A stretch of 64,000 nt of DNA from a virus (Duplodnaviria > Caudoviricetes). Position numbers and translations under genes: made by a program. Of this stretch, positions 52,425 to 62,091 are shown piece after piece (within the stretch, counting starts at the first letter, position 1; each line of letters begins with the position of its first letter). The stretch covers positions 28,744-92,743 of the IMG/VR virus record IMGVR_UViG_2791355405_000002. The stretch is one strand, 5' to 3'. The notes under the pieces were generated by a model that made no database searches, was not told where the DNA came from, and saw nothing but the letters and a program-made list of their open reading frames with translations.

Positions 52425-52967
52425 CTACAGCGGCAGGACCGCGATCTCGCGGTCCCGGAACGATGCCGTGCCTGTTGCCCCGACGCGGTACTTCATGGTG
52501 AAGGTGTTGCTGCCGACGGCGAGGCCGGTGAAGACGTGGAAGCTGCCGCCGCGCACGAAGTTCGTCGCTGTGATGCCGTCGACACTGTGCTGCCACGCGT
52601 TGCTCGCCGCCACGGTGGAGGCGCCGGACACGGCGACGGAGCAGGCCGTTTCGTTGTTGTCCATGCTGTGGGCGTGGCTGGCGGCGAACCAGACCAGCGC
52701 GATGGTGCCGGTGTCGACGGTGACCCGGGGGCCCACGGTGGTGAGGTCCACGAAGCTGGACGAGGTCGTGGACTGGAGGGTGGCGACGGACGCCGTTGAC
52801 GGGACCCGGGTGGTGATCGCGTTCGGACCCGTGGAGACGAAGAGCTGGGACGCGGCGGTCGCCTTGGCCGGCGCCGTCTCGGCGAGGTTGTCGCGGACGA
52901 ACTGGTTGAACTGAGCCGCCGTGAAGGTCGCCCCGGCGACGGCGGTCATAGGTGCGCTCCAGGCCAT
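52425..52967 (-). CDS. Minor tail protein, paralogue 1
   Basis: MAWSAPMTA..FTAAQFNQFVRDNL. Confidence 0.75.
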   Translation of the reverse strand: MAWSAPMTAVAGATFTAAQFNQFVRDNLAETAPAKATAASQLFVSTGPNAITTRVPSTASVATLQSTTSSSFVDLTTVGPRVTVDTGTIALVWFAASHAHSMDNNETACSVAVSGASTVAASNAWQHSVDGITATNFVRGGSFHVFTGLAVGSNTFTMKYRVGATGTASFRDREIAVLPL

Positions 52968-53013
52968 CGTTCAGGCCACCTCCGAAGCCCGGTTATCGAA
53001 ACGAATCAGTTTC

Positions 53014-53098
53014 TGTACCCGCTGTACCCTCTGCTCCCTATAACGCTTACGTGAGGCCATTCTTAGCGTTAACAGACGGAGAGGGTACAGCGGGTACA
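53014..53098. repeat. Origin-like inverted repeat, copy 2 (intergenic)
   Basis: Perfect 19-bp arms TGTACCCGCTGTACCCTCT with a 47-nt spacer. Confidence 0.8.
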
Positions 53099-53193
53099 CG
53101 TTCATGGTGCAGGGTCTGACCTGCATACTTTCAGCCTTAACCCTTACTGTGCCTAACGTTTCCGCGTGGTCCCCACGGCGCCTTGACGCCTCA

Positions 53194-53580
53194 TCAACGC
53201 ACACCGTGGGCCTCGTTCTCGTCCTCCAGATCGCGCACGCTCTGCCCATGCGGGAGGCTGAATCGGACCGCCACGGGGTGGTCGCTCGGGTACCAGTTGC
53301 GCGTCCCCGGCACCGGCCGCCGGCCGAGCACCGCGAGGATGGCGTGCTGGTTGTCCGGCCACACCACGGGCGCCTGCATCCCGCAGTGCGAGCACATGAA
53401 GAACTCCACCGGCCGGTCCCTCGGGCCGCCCATGCGCGAAGGCCGGTACAGGAACTCCGCGTTGCCGCATCCCGCCCGACCCGGCTCCGGGCCCGGCCTC
53501 GGGCAGTCGGCCACCCACTCCCCGCCGTAGACGTACGCGCGAGCCACCGGCGTTCGCTCGTGCGGTACTTCCATCCCCAT
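53194..53580 (-). CDS. Hypothetical tail-region protein (Cys motifs)
   Basis: GAGGAG RBS; WVADCP..CGNAE..CSHC..RNW. Confidence 0.65.
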   Translation of the reverse strand: MGMEVPHERTPVARAYVYGGEWVADCPRPGPEPGRAGCGNAEFLYRPSRMGGPRDRPVEFFMCSHCGMQAPVVWPDNQHAILAVLGRRPVPGTRNWYPSDHPVAVRFSLPHGQSVRDLEDENEAHGVR

Positions 53581-53593
53581 CGCTGTCTCCTCA

Positions 53594-56500
53594 TCACGTA
53601 CCGAGCCGGCCACGGTCGAACTGGCCCTGGACCGGGTCGTCGAACACGAACACCTCGCCAGGGGCATCGGCCACCGTCAGGTCGAACACGCCCTGGTCGA
53701 ACCCGGCGCCGCGCACGTCGAACGTGAACACATTCGACGGCGTCACCAGGTCCCGCTCACACCCGAGGACCACCGAATGCACCGGGGCCCGGCCCGGCTG
53801 GCCGGTGCGCTGGATCGTGTGCGTCACCCGCTCCACGAAGAAGTCGCTGTCCAGCCCCATCTCCTCGTTGACGATGCGGATGCGGTCGCTCACGGTGCGC
53901 TGGAGCACCTGCATGAAGTGCGCGGGATCCTGGCTGGTGACACGGAGCTGGACGGTGGGCCGCCGGTGCCCGTAGTGCAGCAGGATCATGTTGGCGATGG
54001 CCTCGGCGTCCTCCGGGCCCGCCCACGGCGCACTGTCCGGGTAGGACCGCTCCCCGTGCCGGGTGACAGAGCCGGGGTCGGTCAGCGACACCTTCACCGT
54101 GCGCTGCACGGCCAGTGGCCGGGCCCGGAGCTGGACGGCGGTGACCGTCACCGGGCCGCCCACGGCCCGCAGCGTCAGCGTGGCCGATGCCCCCGACCTC
54201 CGGCTCAGCAGCGCCCACACCCACGCCGCGCCGGACGCGCTGTAGGTGATGTCCGTCCCGCTCAGCGGGATGACGGCGTCCACGAACGGGTCGGAAGAGG
54301 TGACCTCTATCTGCACGGACTGCCCGGCCGCCAGGGCGTAGGTGGACTCGTCCGTCCACACCGCCTCCAGCGACGCCGCCGGGGTGCGCTCCTCCACATC
54401 GAACGTCACCGCGTTGACGATGTCGCGCCAGCCGTGGGAGTAGGTGAACGGCTTGGTGAAGTCGTAGCCCGTCGCGGCCGGAGCCCCGGCCGTGCAGTCC
54501 TCCAGCCGGCCGCCGGTGAACGTCGCGCGGGTCTCCCGGGACTGCGTGCGCAGCAGCCGGTGGTGCCGGTCACGGAAGGTGAACGTGCCGTCCGGCGCGA
54601 CGTAGGCGACCGCCGGCGGGCCCTCGCTCTTCACCAGGTCGTTGATGGCGCTCAGGGCGTCGGCGCCCTCCGCCCACCAGTACCGCACCACCGTGGCGCC
54701 CTGGTCGATGTCCCTCCCGGCCGTCCACCCGGCCAGATCCAGGATCGTGTTGACCAGCTCGCCGGTGCGCATGGACGCGTAGACGCCGGTGGACAGCTTG
54801 ATGCCGGACAGGTCGTTCAACGCGTCGAGGAAGGTGAACTCCGCAGTCCTGTCGGCGTAGTCGGCGTGCACGTTGTAGTCGTCGATGCGGCCGTTGAACA
54901 GGTCGGTGGTCTGGCCGTTGAAGTCCACGCTCGTGCGCATCAGCCTCGCCGGGTCCAGATCCCCGTACAACGGACTCGCCGTGTTCTCCGGGCTGTACTT
55001 CCGGGTCGAGTTGTTCAGCGTGAGAGCGGCCGAGCCGACGGCCGCCGGGCTGAGCTGGCGTTCCTGGTCCCGCCCGTAGGTGATGGAGATCTCGCTGATG
55101 ATGTCCTCGGTGACGTCCTCGGGGTCGGCCGGGTCGGACGCCCGGAAGTTGTCGAACGAGAACGTCACCGGGAGCGCGCTGGACGATGTGTAGGAGATCA
55201 CCCCGACACGCCCCGCGTCTGTGAGCAGTGACCCGGAGGAGGCTGTGGCGGTCGCCTGCCAGTCGGGCTCGGCTCCCGAGGGGTTCCAGACCTTGGCGCG
55301 CAGGGTCTGGCCGGTGAGCCGGAAGCGGAACCGGTACGACGTCCCCGGGGACAGCGTCATCGGGTACGCGGTCGCCAGCGCCGGCTCGTTCCCACCGGCG
55401 ACGATCTTGCGCAGGCTGAGGCTGGTCAGGTCCTCGCCGGAAGGGATCTGGAGACGGGCGTAGTAGAAACTGCCGGATGCCTCGCGGGCGAACAGGAACA
55501 CGTAATGGACCTGGCCTGCGGCAGCCGGCCGCTGGTCCATGGAGAAGTCGACGGCCAGGTCCACGTCCTCCCGGTCGGACGGCAGCAGGGTGTAGCGGGT
55601 GACGTTGTTGGTGGCATGCAGGTGCCGGCCGGTCCCCGAGGAGACCGCGTAGTCCGACACCAGCCCGCCGTCGGTCGCCCATGCCTGCCCGCTGTCAGCA
55701 GTGCCCCAGCCGTCCGTCGCCGTGCGGCTGAAGGAGTCCGTGGCCCACGTGTCCGCCAGTTCCTCGACGCCCTCAGGGATGCCGTCCGCGTTCCAGTCGA
55801 TGCCGACCCGGTAGCGCGGCAGGCCCTGCTCCCCGCACAGCTCCCACCCGCCCGGAGCGGTAGCCACTGCCGGGTTGTAGGCCGTGGCCGTCACGGACGC
55901 GGTGCCTGGAAGGGCGACGGTGGCGGCAGCGGCTGTGACCGGCTTGAGCGCCAGGGACCACATCGTCGAGCCGCCCTGGCACACGGCGTCCCCGCCGGCC
56001 GAGGTCGTGGAGCGCTGCGTCTGCGCGCCCGGGTTGAGCGCTGCCCCGGAGTCGTACAGTGCGGCGAACAGTTCTCCGAAGCCGTCGGTGTCGTCGACCC
56101 GCTCAGTGTTCGTGCCACCCGTGACGGTGACGGTCCGGGCCTGCCAGGCGGAGCCCGTGCGCAGAGTCAGCAGCCAGTCCCCGCTCACCACGGTGGTGAG
56201 CTGAGGATGGACCTGCGTCGCGGCCGTGTTCGCGGTGCCGACGGCACCCCACTTCTCGATGGGGCCCGCAGTGTCCACGCCGGTGTACGCGGCGATGAAG
56301 GCCAGTACGTACGGCGAGCCGGCGGGCCAGGGGCTGGTGTTGAAGTCCACCGTGACGTATGACCCGAGAGCGCCCGTGTCGCGCCGGTAATACACACGGG
56401 TCTGCACCTTGGCCAGGGTCGACGTGGATGACCCCGCATCCGCCTTGCCGAGGTACAGCCAGTTCGACGACAACGACGGCGCGGCGTCATCGTCGGTGAC

Positions 56501-56623
56501 AACCACCATCAGCAGGAAGTCGTCGGTCGTGTGACCGGGAGGCAGCGGCACCCGTTGGGATGCACCCGATACGGCTACATCAGCCTTGAGCCGGGTACCG
56601 ACGGAGCGGAAGGCGATAGGCAT
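53594..56623 (-). CDS. Large minor tail protein
   Basis: Follows the tape measure; beta-rich; I.YGRD..LTLNN..YSP tail motif. Confidence 0.8.
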   Translation of the reverse strand: MPIAFRSVGTRLKADVAVSGASQRVPLPPGHTTDDFLLMVVVTDDDAAPSLSSNWLYLGKADAGSSTSTLAKVQTRVYYRRDTGALGSYVTVDFNTSPWPAGSPYVLAFIAAYTGVDTAGPIEKWGAVGTANTAATQVHPQLTTVVSGDWLLTLRTGSAWQARTVTVTGGTNTERVDDTDGFGELFAALYDSGAALNPGAQTQRSTTSAGGDAVCQGGSTMWSLALKPVTAAAATVALPGTASVTATAYNPAVATAPGGWELCGEQGLPRYRVGIDWNADGIPEGVEELADTWATDSFSRTATDGWGTADSGQAWATDGGLVSDYAVSSGTGRHLHATNNVTRYTLLPSDREDVDLAVDFSMDQRPAAAGQVHYVFLFAREASGSFYYARLQIPSGEDLTSLSLRKIVAGGNEPALATAYPMTLSPGTSYRFRFRLTGQTLRAKVWNPSGAEPDWQATATASSGSLLTDAGRVGVISYTSSSALPVTFSFDNFRASDPADPEDVTEDIISEISITYGRDQERQLSPAAVGSAALTLNNSTRKYSPENTASPLYGDLDPARLMRTSVDFNGQTTDLFNGRIDDYNVHADYADRTAEFTFLDALNDLSGIKLSTGVYASMRTGELVNTILDLAGWTAGRDIDQGATVVRYWWAEGADALSAINDLVKSEGPPAVAYVAPDGTFTFRDRHHRLLRTQSRETRATFTGGRLEDCTAGAPAATGYDFTKPFTYSHGWRDIVNAVTFDVEERTPAASLEAVWTDESTYALAAGQSVQIEVTSSDPFVDAVIPLSGTDITYSASGAAWVWALLSRRSGASATLTLRAVGGPVTVTAVQLRARPLAVQRTVKVSLTDPGSVTRHGERSYPDSAPWAGPEDAEAIANMILLHYGHRRPTVQLRVTSQDPAHFMQVLQRTVSDRIRIVNEEMGLDSDFFVERVTHTIQRTGQPGRAPVHSVVLGCERDLVTPSNVFTFDVRGAGFDQGVFDLTVADAPGEVFVFDDPVQGQFDRGRLGT

Positions 56624-59600
56624 CTACGCGGTCCCCCTCAGTCCTCGGGGCAGCCGGTTGCGGCGGCTGAGCTGATCCAGGGAGGCCACCAGCCAGTTCA
56701 GCACTTCCTGCTGAGAGCCGATCACCCCGTGGTTCTCCACGGTCAGGTGGACCACGGCGGGGGCGACGGATGTAGCGGCCTGGCGCACGGAGGCGCGGTG
56801 ACTGCGCACGCGGGCCCCGGCGGGAAGCTTCAGCAACTCGGGGCCCGTCTCGCCGACCCAGTGCCATCCGGTCGACGCACCGTCGGTGCCGGTCGCGTAG
56901 CCGCCGGGCCGGTTGTAGGCACGTGAGAGGTTGCCGTAGGCCGACAACGCGTAGCGCATCGAGGCGTACACGTTGGCGAGCGGGTTGATAGACGTGCCGT
57001 ACATGAACGGCCCGGTCTTCCGGAACCGGCCGGCGTGGGCCTGGAAGGTGGGCCGGATGACCTGCATGAGACCGACCGACGGATAGCCGCGCTTGGCGTT
57101 GATGTCCCGGAGGTTGACGGCGCGCGGATTGCCGCCCGACTCCTGGTTCATACGGCGCAGCGTGGTGTTCGTCAGGGACAGCGGCTGGCCGACGAGCCCG
57201 AGCGCCTGCCGCACGACGCCCGTCCAGCGCTTCACACCGGAACCGCCGATGTCGACCGGGCCACCGCCGCCGAGGCCGAGAAGGTCCGAACCAACCGACT
57301 TCACGGCCCGGATGAGGCCGTCCACGGCCATGCGCGGCAGCCTGGCCGCCATCTTCGCCCACGCGCTGGAACCGATGGCCCTGGTCATGCCCTTCAGCGG
57401 GCCCATCAGCATGTCCTTGGCCTTGTCCACCGGGTCGGACAGGAAGGACAGGGCTACCTTGCTGAGGGACTTACCGGTGTCGAACACGCTGCCGATGGCG
57501 CCCTTGATGGTGCCGAGGATGCCGCCCTCCGCGTAGAAGTGCGCGCCAGCCGCCTCCCACAGACCGCGCGCCCGCGTGGCGTACCGGGGATCGGTGGGGA
57601 TCACGAATTCCGGATACCGGGGGTTGCCCTCGCCGACAATCGCCGTCGGCTTGCTGAACACCCCCGGCTCGGCCCGACGGGGGCCGACTGTGCCGCCGGC
57701 CGCCAGCATCTTGACCTTCTTCAGGCTGTTCTTCAGCCCGACCCACCCGGCGATCTTGCCCCAGACGCTGACCAGGCCACGGTTCCACACATGATCCAAA
57801 ACCCAGTTGATGGGCGATTTCGTCTTGGACTTGATCCCGTTCCAGATGGTGCCGATGCCGTCGCGCATGGACCGGAAGAAGCCGTGCACCTTGTCCCGCA
57901 AGGTCTTCGCCCAGCCCGGGATGGTCCGTGTGAAGAAGTTGCCGATGGGGGTGAAGACCCTGGACTTGATGGAGCCGTAGACACCGACGAGGCTGTTACG
58001 CAGCCCGTTCCAGGTTCCGGACACCCGGTTGCGCACCGTGCCCGCCCAGCCGGGGATGGTCCGGGTGAAGAAGTTGCCGATGGGGGTGAAGACCTTGGAG
58101 CGGACGGAGCTGTAGACGCCGGCGAGCCGGTCGCGCAGTCCGTTCCAGGCGCCCACCACCCGATCGCGTACGGTGCCCGCCCAGCCGGGGACCACCTTGG
58201 TGAAGAAGTTGCCGATGGGCGTGAAGAACCTGTTCTTCAGCCCCTGGTACACGGTACTGAGCCGCTCCAGGATGACGTTCCAGGTGTGCACGACGAAGTC
58301 CCGCACGTACGCGGCCCAGCTCGGGATGGTCTTAGTGAAGAAGTTCCCGATGGGGTTGAGGACGTTGGAGCGGATCGCGCCCCAGACGGCGGACATTCCG
58401 GCCCGCAGGATCTCCCACCGGTCCAGGATGTACCGCACGCCCATCTGCACCGGCAGAGACATCAGGCTGACGAGGGCGGTCCACTTGGTCTGCACCCAGT
58501 TGAGCAGGGCCTGGAAGGCGCCGGGGATCTTCTCCGTGAAGAACCGGACGAACGGTCCGGCGAACCAGCCGCCGACCGCGATGCCGACGTCCTTGGCCCC
58601 GTTGAGGACGGCCTTTACGCCGTCGCGGAACGCCTCCGACTTCTTCCACGCGATGAAGAACGCGGCGCCGAGCGCGATCAGGGCGGTGATGATGATGCCG
58701 ACAGGGTTGGTCAGCATGGCGATCGCGAGGGCGCGCATGGCGCCCGCCGTCAGCAGCACAGCCACGCGGGCGACACGCAGCACGCCGGTGAGCAGCCGCA
58801 GGCCCAGCGCCGCTGCTCGGGAGGCCATGTTGGCGGTCCAGGTGGCTGCGGCCCATACGCGGGTGGCCACCGTGGAGGCCGTGGTGGCGATGCGGTTGCC
58901 GATCAGGGCGAGCCGGTGGCCGACGAGGGCCAGGCGGTTGGCGTAGACGGCGCCGGTAGACGTGGTGACCGAGGTGGTGAAGAGCCACGATGCCGTCGCT
59001 GCCGCTGCCTGGTAGATCCGGTACAGCTTCATGCCCGCGTTGACGGCGAGGATCGCCGGGACGAGCAGCTTCAGCGCCGGCGTGGGGATGGCCGACACGA
59101 GCTGTGAGAAGACCTGGAGCATGAGCAGGCCGAAGCCGCTCATCGGCCCGGCGGCGGAGACGACGTCGGCGATGGCCGAACCGATGTCCTTCAGGGCCGG
59201 GACGGCCCCGCGCGCCCGCTCCAGAAACGTCGCGAACCCCTCGCTCTGCCCGAGGTTCGCGCCGAAGGTAGCGAACCTGTCCGTCAGCTCGACCAGCCCG
59301 CCGGACATGTCCGACTGCACCGGCATGAAGGCATTGATCATGCCGACGACGCCCACCGTCACGTTCCGGATGGTGTCGAGGAGGTTGCCCAGGGCGCTGC
59401 CCGCGTTGCCCTGGAGGTTCCGGCCGAACTCGGAGAAGACGCGGCCCGCCTGGCCGAAGCTGAACGACGAAACGAATTCCTTGATCTCCCGGGAGGCGAT
59501 CTTCACGAACGGGGTCAGCTTGGGCAACAGCTCCCGAACCTTGTTGATCCCGGCGGTGAAGATCGGCATCGTGGTCGACGACAGGCTGTCCGACCACTTG

Positions 59601-60142
59601 TCTATGTCGTCCTTCAGGTTCTGGAACGCCTTGGCCGTGTCTCTGGTGGCCGGCGTCATCGCCTTCATCTTCTCGTCGTAGATGGCCTGCGACTTGCGGG
59701 CGACGTTGGTAGCGGTGGCGACCTCGCGCACCGCTTTGTTGTACTCCTGCGCCTTGGCCTTGGACTCCTCCGACATCTTGGAGGTGATCTTGATCTGCTG
59801 GCCGTACTTGACGCCCATCTCCTTGGCCAGCCGTTGGGCGTGGGCCTTGGCGATGGTGGCTTTCTCGTTGTTCTCCTCAGCCGTTTCCAGCTTCTCGCTG
59901 GCCTCGGTGATCTTCTTGAACTGAGGAGCGACGGCCGCCGCGAAGGCGCCGCCAGCCGCGCCGGCGGAAGCCAGGGATGCGGTCATGGCGCCGACGCCAG
60001 CCGTCACGGCTGCCGTCATGGGCAGGAGCGACGTGGACAGGGCGCTCGCCGCGATGGAGCCCAGCCCCTTGACCGCCTTCATGGCCGGGGACGTGTCGGC
60101 GTCGATGCGGACGAAGCCGGTCCCGATCAGCACTCCGGCCAT
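56624..60142 (-). CDS. Tape measure protein with C-terminal lytic transglycosylase domain
   Basis: Ala/Gly-rich helical body, Trp/Phe periodic repeats, QESGGNP.A.N..D.NA..G.PSVGLMQVI.PTF. Confidence 0.92.
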   Translation of the reverse strand: MAGVLIGTGFVRIDADTSPAMKAVKGLGSIAASALSTSLLPMTAAVTAGVGAMTASLASAGAAGGAFAAAVAPQFKKITEASEKLETAEENNEKATIAKAHAQRLAKEMGVKYGQQIKITSKMSEESKAKAQEYNKAVREVATATNVARKSQAIYDEKMKAMTPATRDTAKAFQNLKDDIDKWSDSLSSTTMPIFTAGINKVRELLPKLTPFVKIASREIKEFVSSFSFGQAGRVFSEFGRNLQGNAGSALGNLLDTIRNVTVGVVGMINAFMPVQSDMSGGLVELTDRFATFGANLGQSEGFATFLERARGAVPALKDIGSAIADVVSAAGPMSGFGLLMLQVFSQLVSAIPTPALKLLVPAILAVNAGMKLYRIYQAAAATASWLFTTSVTTSTGAVYANRLALVGHRLALIGNRIATTASTVATRVWAAATWTANMASRAAALGLRLLTGVLRVARVAVLLTAGAMRALAIAMLTNPVGIIITALIALGAAFFIAWKKSEAFRDGVKAVLNGAKDVGIAVGGWFAGPFVRFFTEKIPGAFQALLNWVQTKWTALVSLMSLPVQMGVRYILDRWEILRAGMSAVWGAIRSNVLNPIGNFFTKTIPSWAAYVRDFVVHTWNVILERLSTVYQGLKNRFFTPIGNFFTKVVPGWAGTVRDRVVGAWNGLRDRLAGVYSSVRSKVFTPIGNFFTRTIPGWAGTVRNRVSGTWNGLRNSLVGVYGSIKSRVFTPIGNFFTRTIPGWAKTLRDKVHGFFRSMRDGIGTIWNGIKSKTKSPINWVLDHVWNRGLVSVWGKIAGWVGLKNSLKKVKMLAAGGTVGPRRAEPGVFSKPTAIVGEGNPRYPEFVIPTDPRYATRARGLWEAAGAHFYAEGGILGTIKGAIGSVFDTGKSLSKVALSFLSDPVDKAKDMLMGPLKGMTRAIGSSAWAKMAARLPRMAVDGLIRAVKSVGSDLLGLGGGGPVDIGGSGVKRWTGVVRQALGLVGQPLSLTNTTLRRMNQESGGNPRAVNLRDINAKRGYPSVGLMQVIRPTFQAHAGRFRKTGPFMYGTSINPLANVYASMRYALSAYGNLSRAYNRPGGYATGTDGASTGWHWVGETGPELLKLPAGARVRSHRASVRQAATSVAPAVVHLTVENHGVIGSQQEVLNWLVASLDQLSRRNRLPRGLRGTA

Positions 60143-60490
60143 CTACAACACCACCCCTTGAGCTGCGAGGAACTGCTGCGAGGCGTCCTCCTCGCCGTTC
60201 CACCACCAGGGAGCGCCTTCCTCGATCTCCACCGGCTTGGGCGCTTCCTGCCCCGGGACGCGCCACAGGTGGACACTCAGCTCGGAGTCGAGCCGCTTCT
60301 GCGCGGCCTCCTCGGGCTCCCCCTCGCGCGGCTCGGTTCGCTGGCTCATCTCGTAGTAGACGAGGTTCAGGAAGCGATCGACGGGGAGCTGGCGGAGATC
60401 GATACCTCGGCCGGTGTACTGGCCATCGAGGTAATGCCAGGTACCGGGTCGGGCGGCCCATCCTGCGAGGAGGAGGGCAGTTCGGTAGGG
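60143..60490 (-). CDS. Tail assembly chaperone extension (-1 frame)
   Basis: Open -1 frame WHYLDG..GIDL..LP.DRFLNLVY continuing into ORF 60143..60349. Confidence 0.65.
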   Translation of the reverse strand, partial: PYRTALLLAGWAARPGTWHYLDGQYTGRGIDLRQLPVDRFLNLVYYEMSQRTEPREGEPEEAAQKRLDSELSVHLWRVPGQEAPKPVEIEEGAPWWWNGEEDASQQFLAAQGVVL

Positions 60491-60798
60491 CGGAGCCCGT
60501 ACTGCTCCATCAGCCAGGTGACGATGTCCTCCACCTGGTCGATCTCGATAGGGTTTGCCCGGTCGCGCATCCTCTCGTTGAACCGCGCGAGCGAATCGGG
60601 CAGCAGCACGACGTCCAGCATCGAGCGGAACGCCTCAAGCTGCTGGTCCACGGTGGCGTTCGTGTCCATGCTGGAGAACTTGGAGGCGAACGCCATCAGC
60701 ACCTCGGCCGGAATGCCCCGCGCGGCGTGGAACACGTCCTCATCGACGCGGAAGGAGATGTCCTTCCGCTGCTTGCTGAAGTCCCGGATCTCGGTCAT
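60367..60798 (-). CDS. Tail assembly chaperone
   Basis: Upstream of the tape measure; WLMEQYGLRPT motif. Confidence 0.75.
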   Translation of the reverse strand: MTEIRDFSKQRKDISFRVDEDVFHAARGIPAEVLMAFASKFSSMDTNATVDQQLEAFRSMLDVVLLPDSLARFNERMRDRANPIEIDQVEDIVTWLMEQYGLRPTELPSSSQDGPPDPVPGITSMASTPAEVSISASSPSIAS

Positions 60799-60882
60799 GG
60801 CGCGCACGGTAAGCCCACAGCACACCATGATCGTTCCGGAGTCTCTTGGACCGGTGAACGGCTGCGCCGATACGCTCGTGCC

Positions 60883-61257
60883 ATGACCAAGGAATCCGCC
60901 CCGGCGCCCGTTGTCCAGGCCACCGACGAGCGGGGCATCGTCCTCGCGGCCCCTCTGTCGTACGCAGCCCTCCTCGGAGCTGTGCAGTGCCTCAGCCTCG
61001 CCCGGAACACACGCGGCGAAGCCGAGCCCCTGCGGGCACGCCTGTGGCCGTACATGAACGCGGCTGGAATCGCGGATCCGCAAGAGGCCCGAGTTCCCTG
61101 CGACGTGCTCCGGGCTGTCACCCACTGCTTGCGCAAGTGGAGAGTCGCGACCGGCACCACGCTGTGGGACGACACCGACGACGCGGAGCTGACCGCCGCG
61201 TGGCGGGACGGATTGAACGCCGTCAGACCTAGCCCATCCGCAGAGCCTTTGTCATAA
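60883..61257 (+). CDS. Hypothetical protein on the opposite strand within the virion operon
   Basis: TTGGAC/TACGCT promoter-like boxes just before ATG-ACC-AAG-GAA. Confidence 0.55.
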   Translation: MTKESAPAPVVQATDERGIVLAAPLSYAALLGAVQCLSLARNTRGEAEPLRARLWPYMNAAGIADPQEARVPCDVLRAVTHCLRKWRVATGTTLWDDTDDAELTAAWRDGLNAVRPSPSAEPLS

Positions 61258-61594
61258 AATCATTCGGTTTATTTCCCGGGTGGTTGACCACGCGGGCGAA
61301 CACCGTGCCTCGCTTCGTCGTGAACTTCAGCACCTGCCGGGTGCGCGGGCGGATCTGGTGCGGCCTCGTGCCCTTGATGACGTACATCGTGGCGGGGTGG
61401 TTGGACTCCACGCGCACGTGGCGGCCGACGACCACCGCCTTCACCCGGCGGCCCATCTTCCCCGGAGCCATGCGCCGGGCGTTGCGCTGTACCCGGCGGG
61501 CCTTGCGGACCAGCTCCTTCATCACCGGCGAGTCCGGCGCCAGCAGCAGCTCGTTGACACCGCCGGCCCGGATCTCGATGCGCGCGGCCGGCAT
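61229..61594 (-). CDS. Neck/tail completion protein (HK97 gp10-like)
   Basis: YV..GTRPH.I.P....L.F...V.HPG.KPN.F. Confidence 0.75.
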   Translation of the reverse strand: MPAARIEIRAGGVNELLLAPDSPVMKELVRKARRVQRNARRMAPGKMGRRVKAVVVGRHVRVESNHPATMYVIKGTRPHQIRPRTRQVLKFTTKRGTVFARVVNHPGNKPNDFMTKALRMG

Positions 61595-62091
61595 CAGAGC
61601 GCCAGACCGATGCGCACGGTCATGTTGACCCCGACGCACCCGCCCTCGGGGCCGACCGGCTCCACCGGTGTCACCAGGTAGTCCAGCACCTCGTCGTCCT
61701 CCTTCAGGCGACACAGCGCGGCGGACACGGCGCCCAGCATCTCGGTGGCGTCCTGGAGCAGCAGCCCCGCCGCCGTGTCCAGCTCGTCGGCCGGCGGGGC
61801 GGCCTCCACGCCGTCCGGGTTCGGTGCGCAGCGCACCACCGCCACGGTGAACTGCCCGACCTCGTACGGCGGCTGGCAGGCGCCGTTCACCGCCTCGGAC
61901 TCCTCGGGGAACGTCTCAGAGAGGTACAGCCTGGACAGGGATACGGCGAGCATCCCGCCACAGTCGCAGGAGTCCCAGGCGATCTCGCCGGGGACCTGCC
62001 CCGAGCGATTCGGCTTGGACGACAGGCCGTCGCGGACAGCGGTCACCAGGTAAGTGCCCAGGGTGTACCAGCGCGCAGGGCCGTCGATCAC
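61594..62091 (-). CDS. Putative tail terminator
   Basis: Position; AWDSC, V.RC.P, GPEGGCVG. Confidence 0.65.
   Translation of the reverse strand: MIDGPARWYTLGTYLVTAVRDGLSSKPNRSGQVPGEIAWDSCDCGGMLAVSLSRLYLSETFPEESEAVNGACQPPYEVGQFTVAVVRCAPNPDGVEAAPPADELDTAAGLLLQDATEMLGAVSAALCRLKEDDEVLDYLVTPVEPVGPEGGCVGVNMTVRIGLAL

Noticed and set aside
51873-52967. Diversity-generating retroelement template/variable repeat pair
   Set aside because: No reverse transcriptase is present in the window, and both copies are full ORFs diverged throughout rather than only at adenines.
57880-58400. About 120-bp repeats in the tape measure gene as a separate element
   Set aside because: They are ordinary 40-aa Trp/Phe periodic repeats of tape measure proteins.
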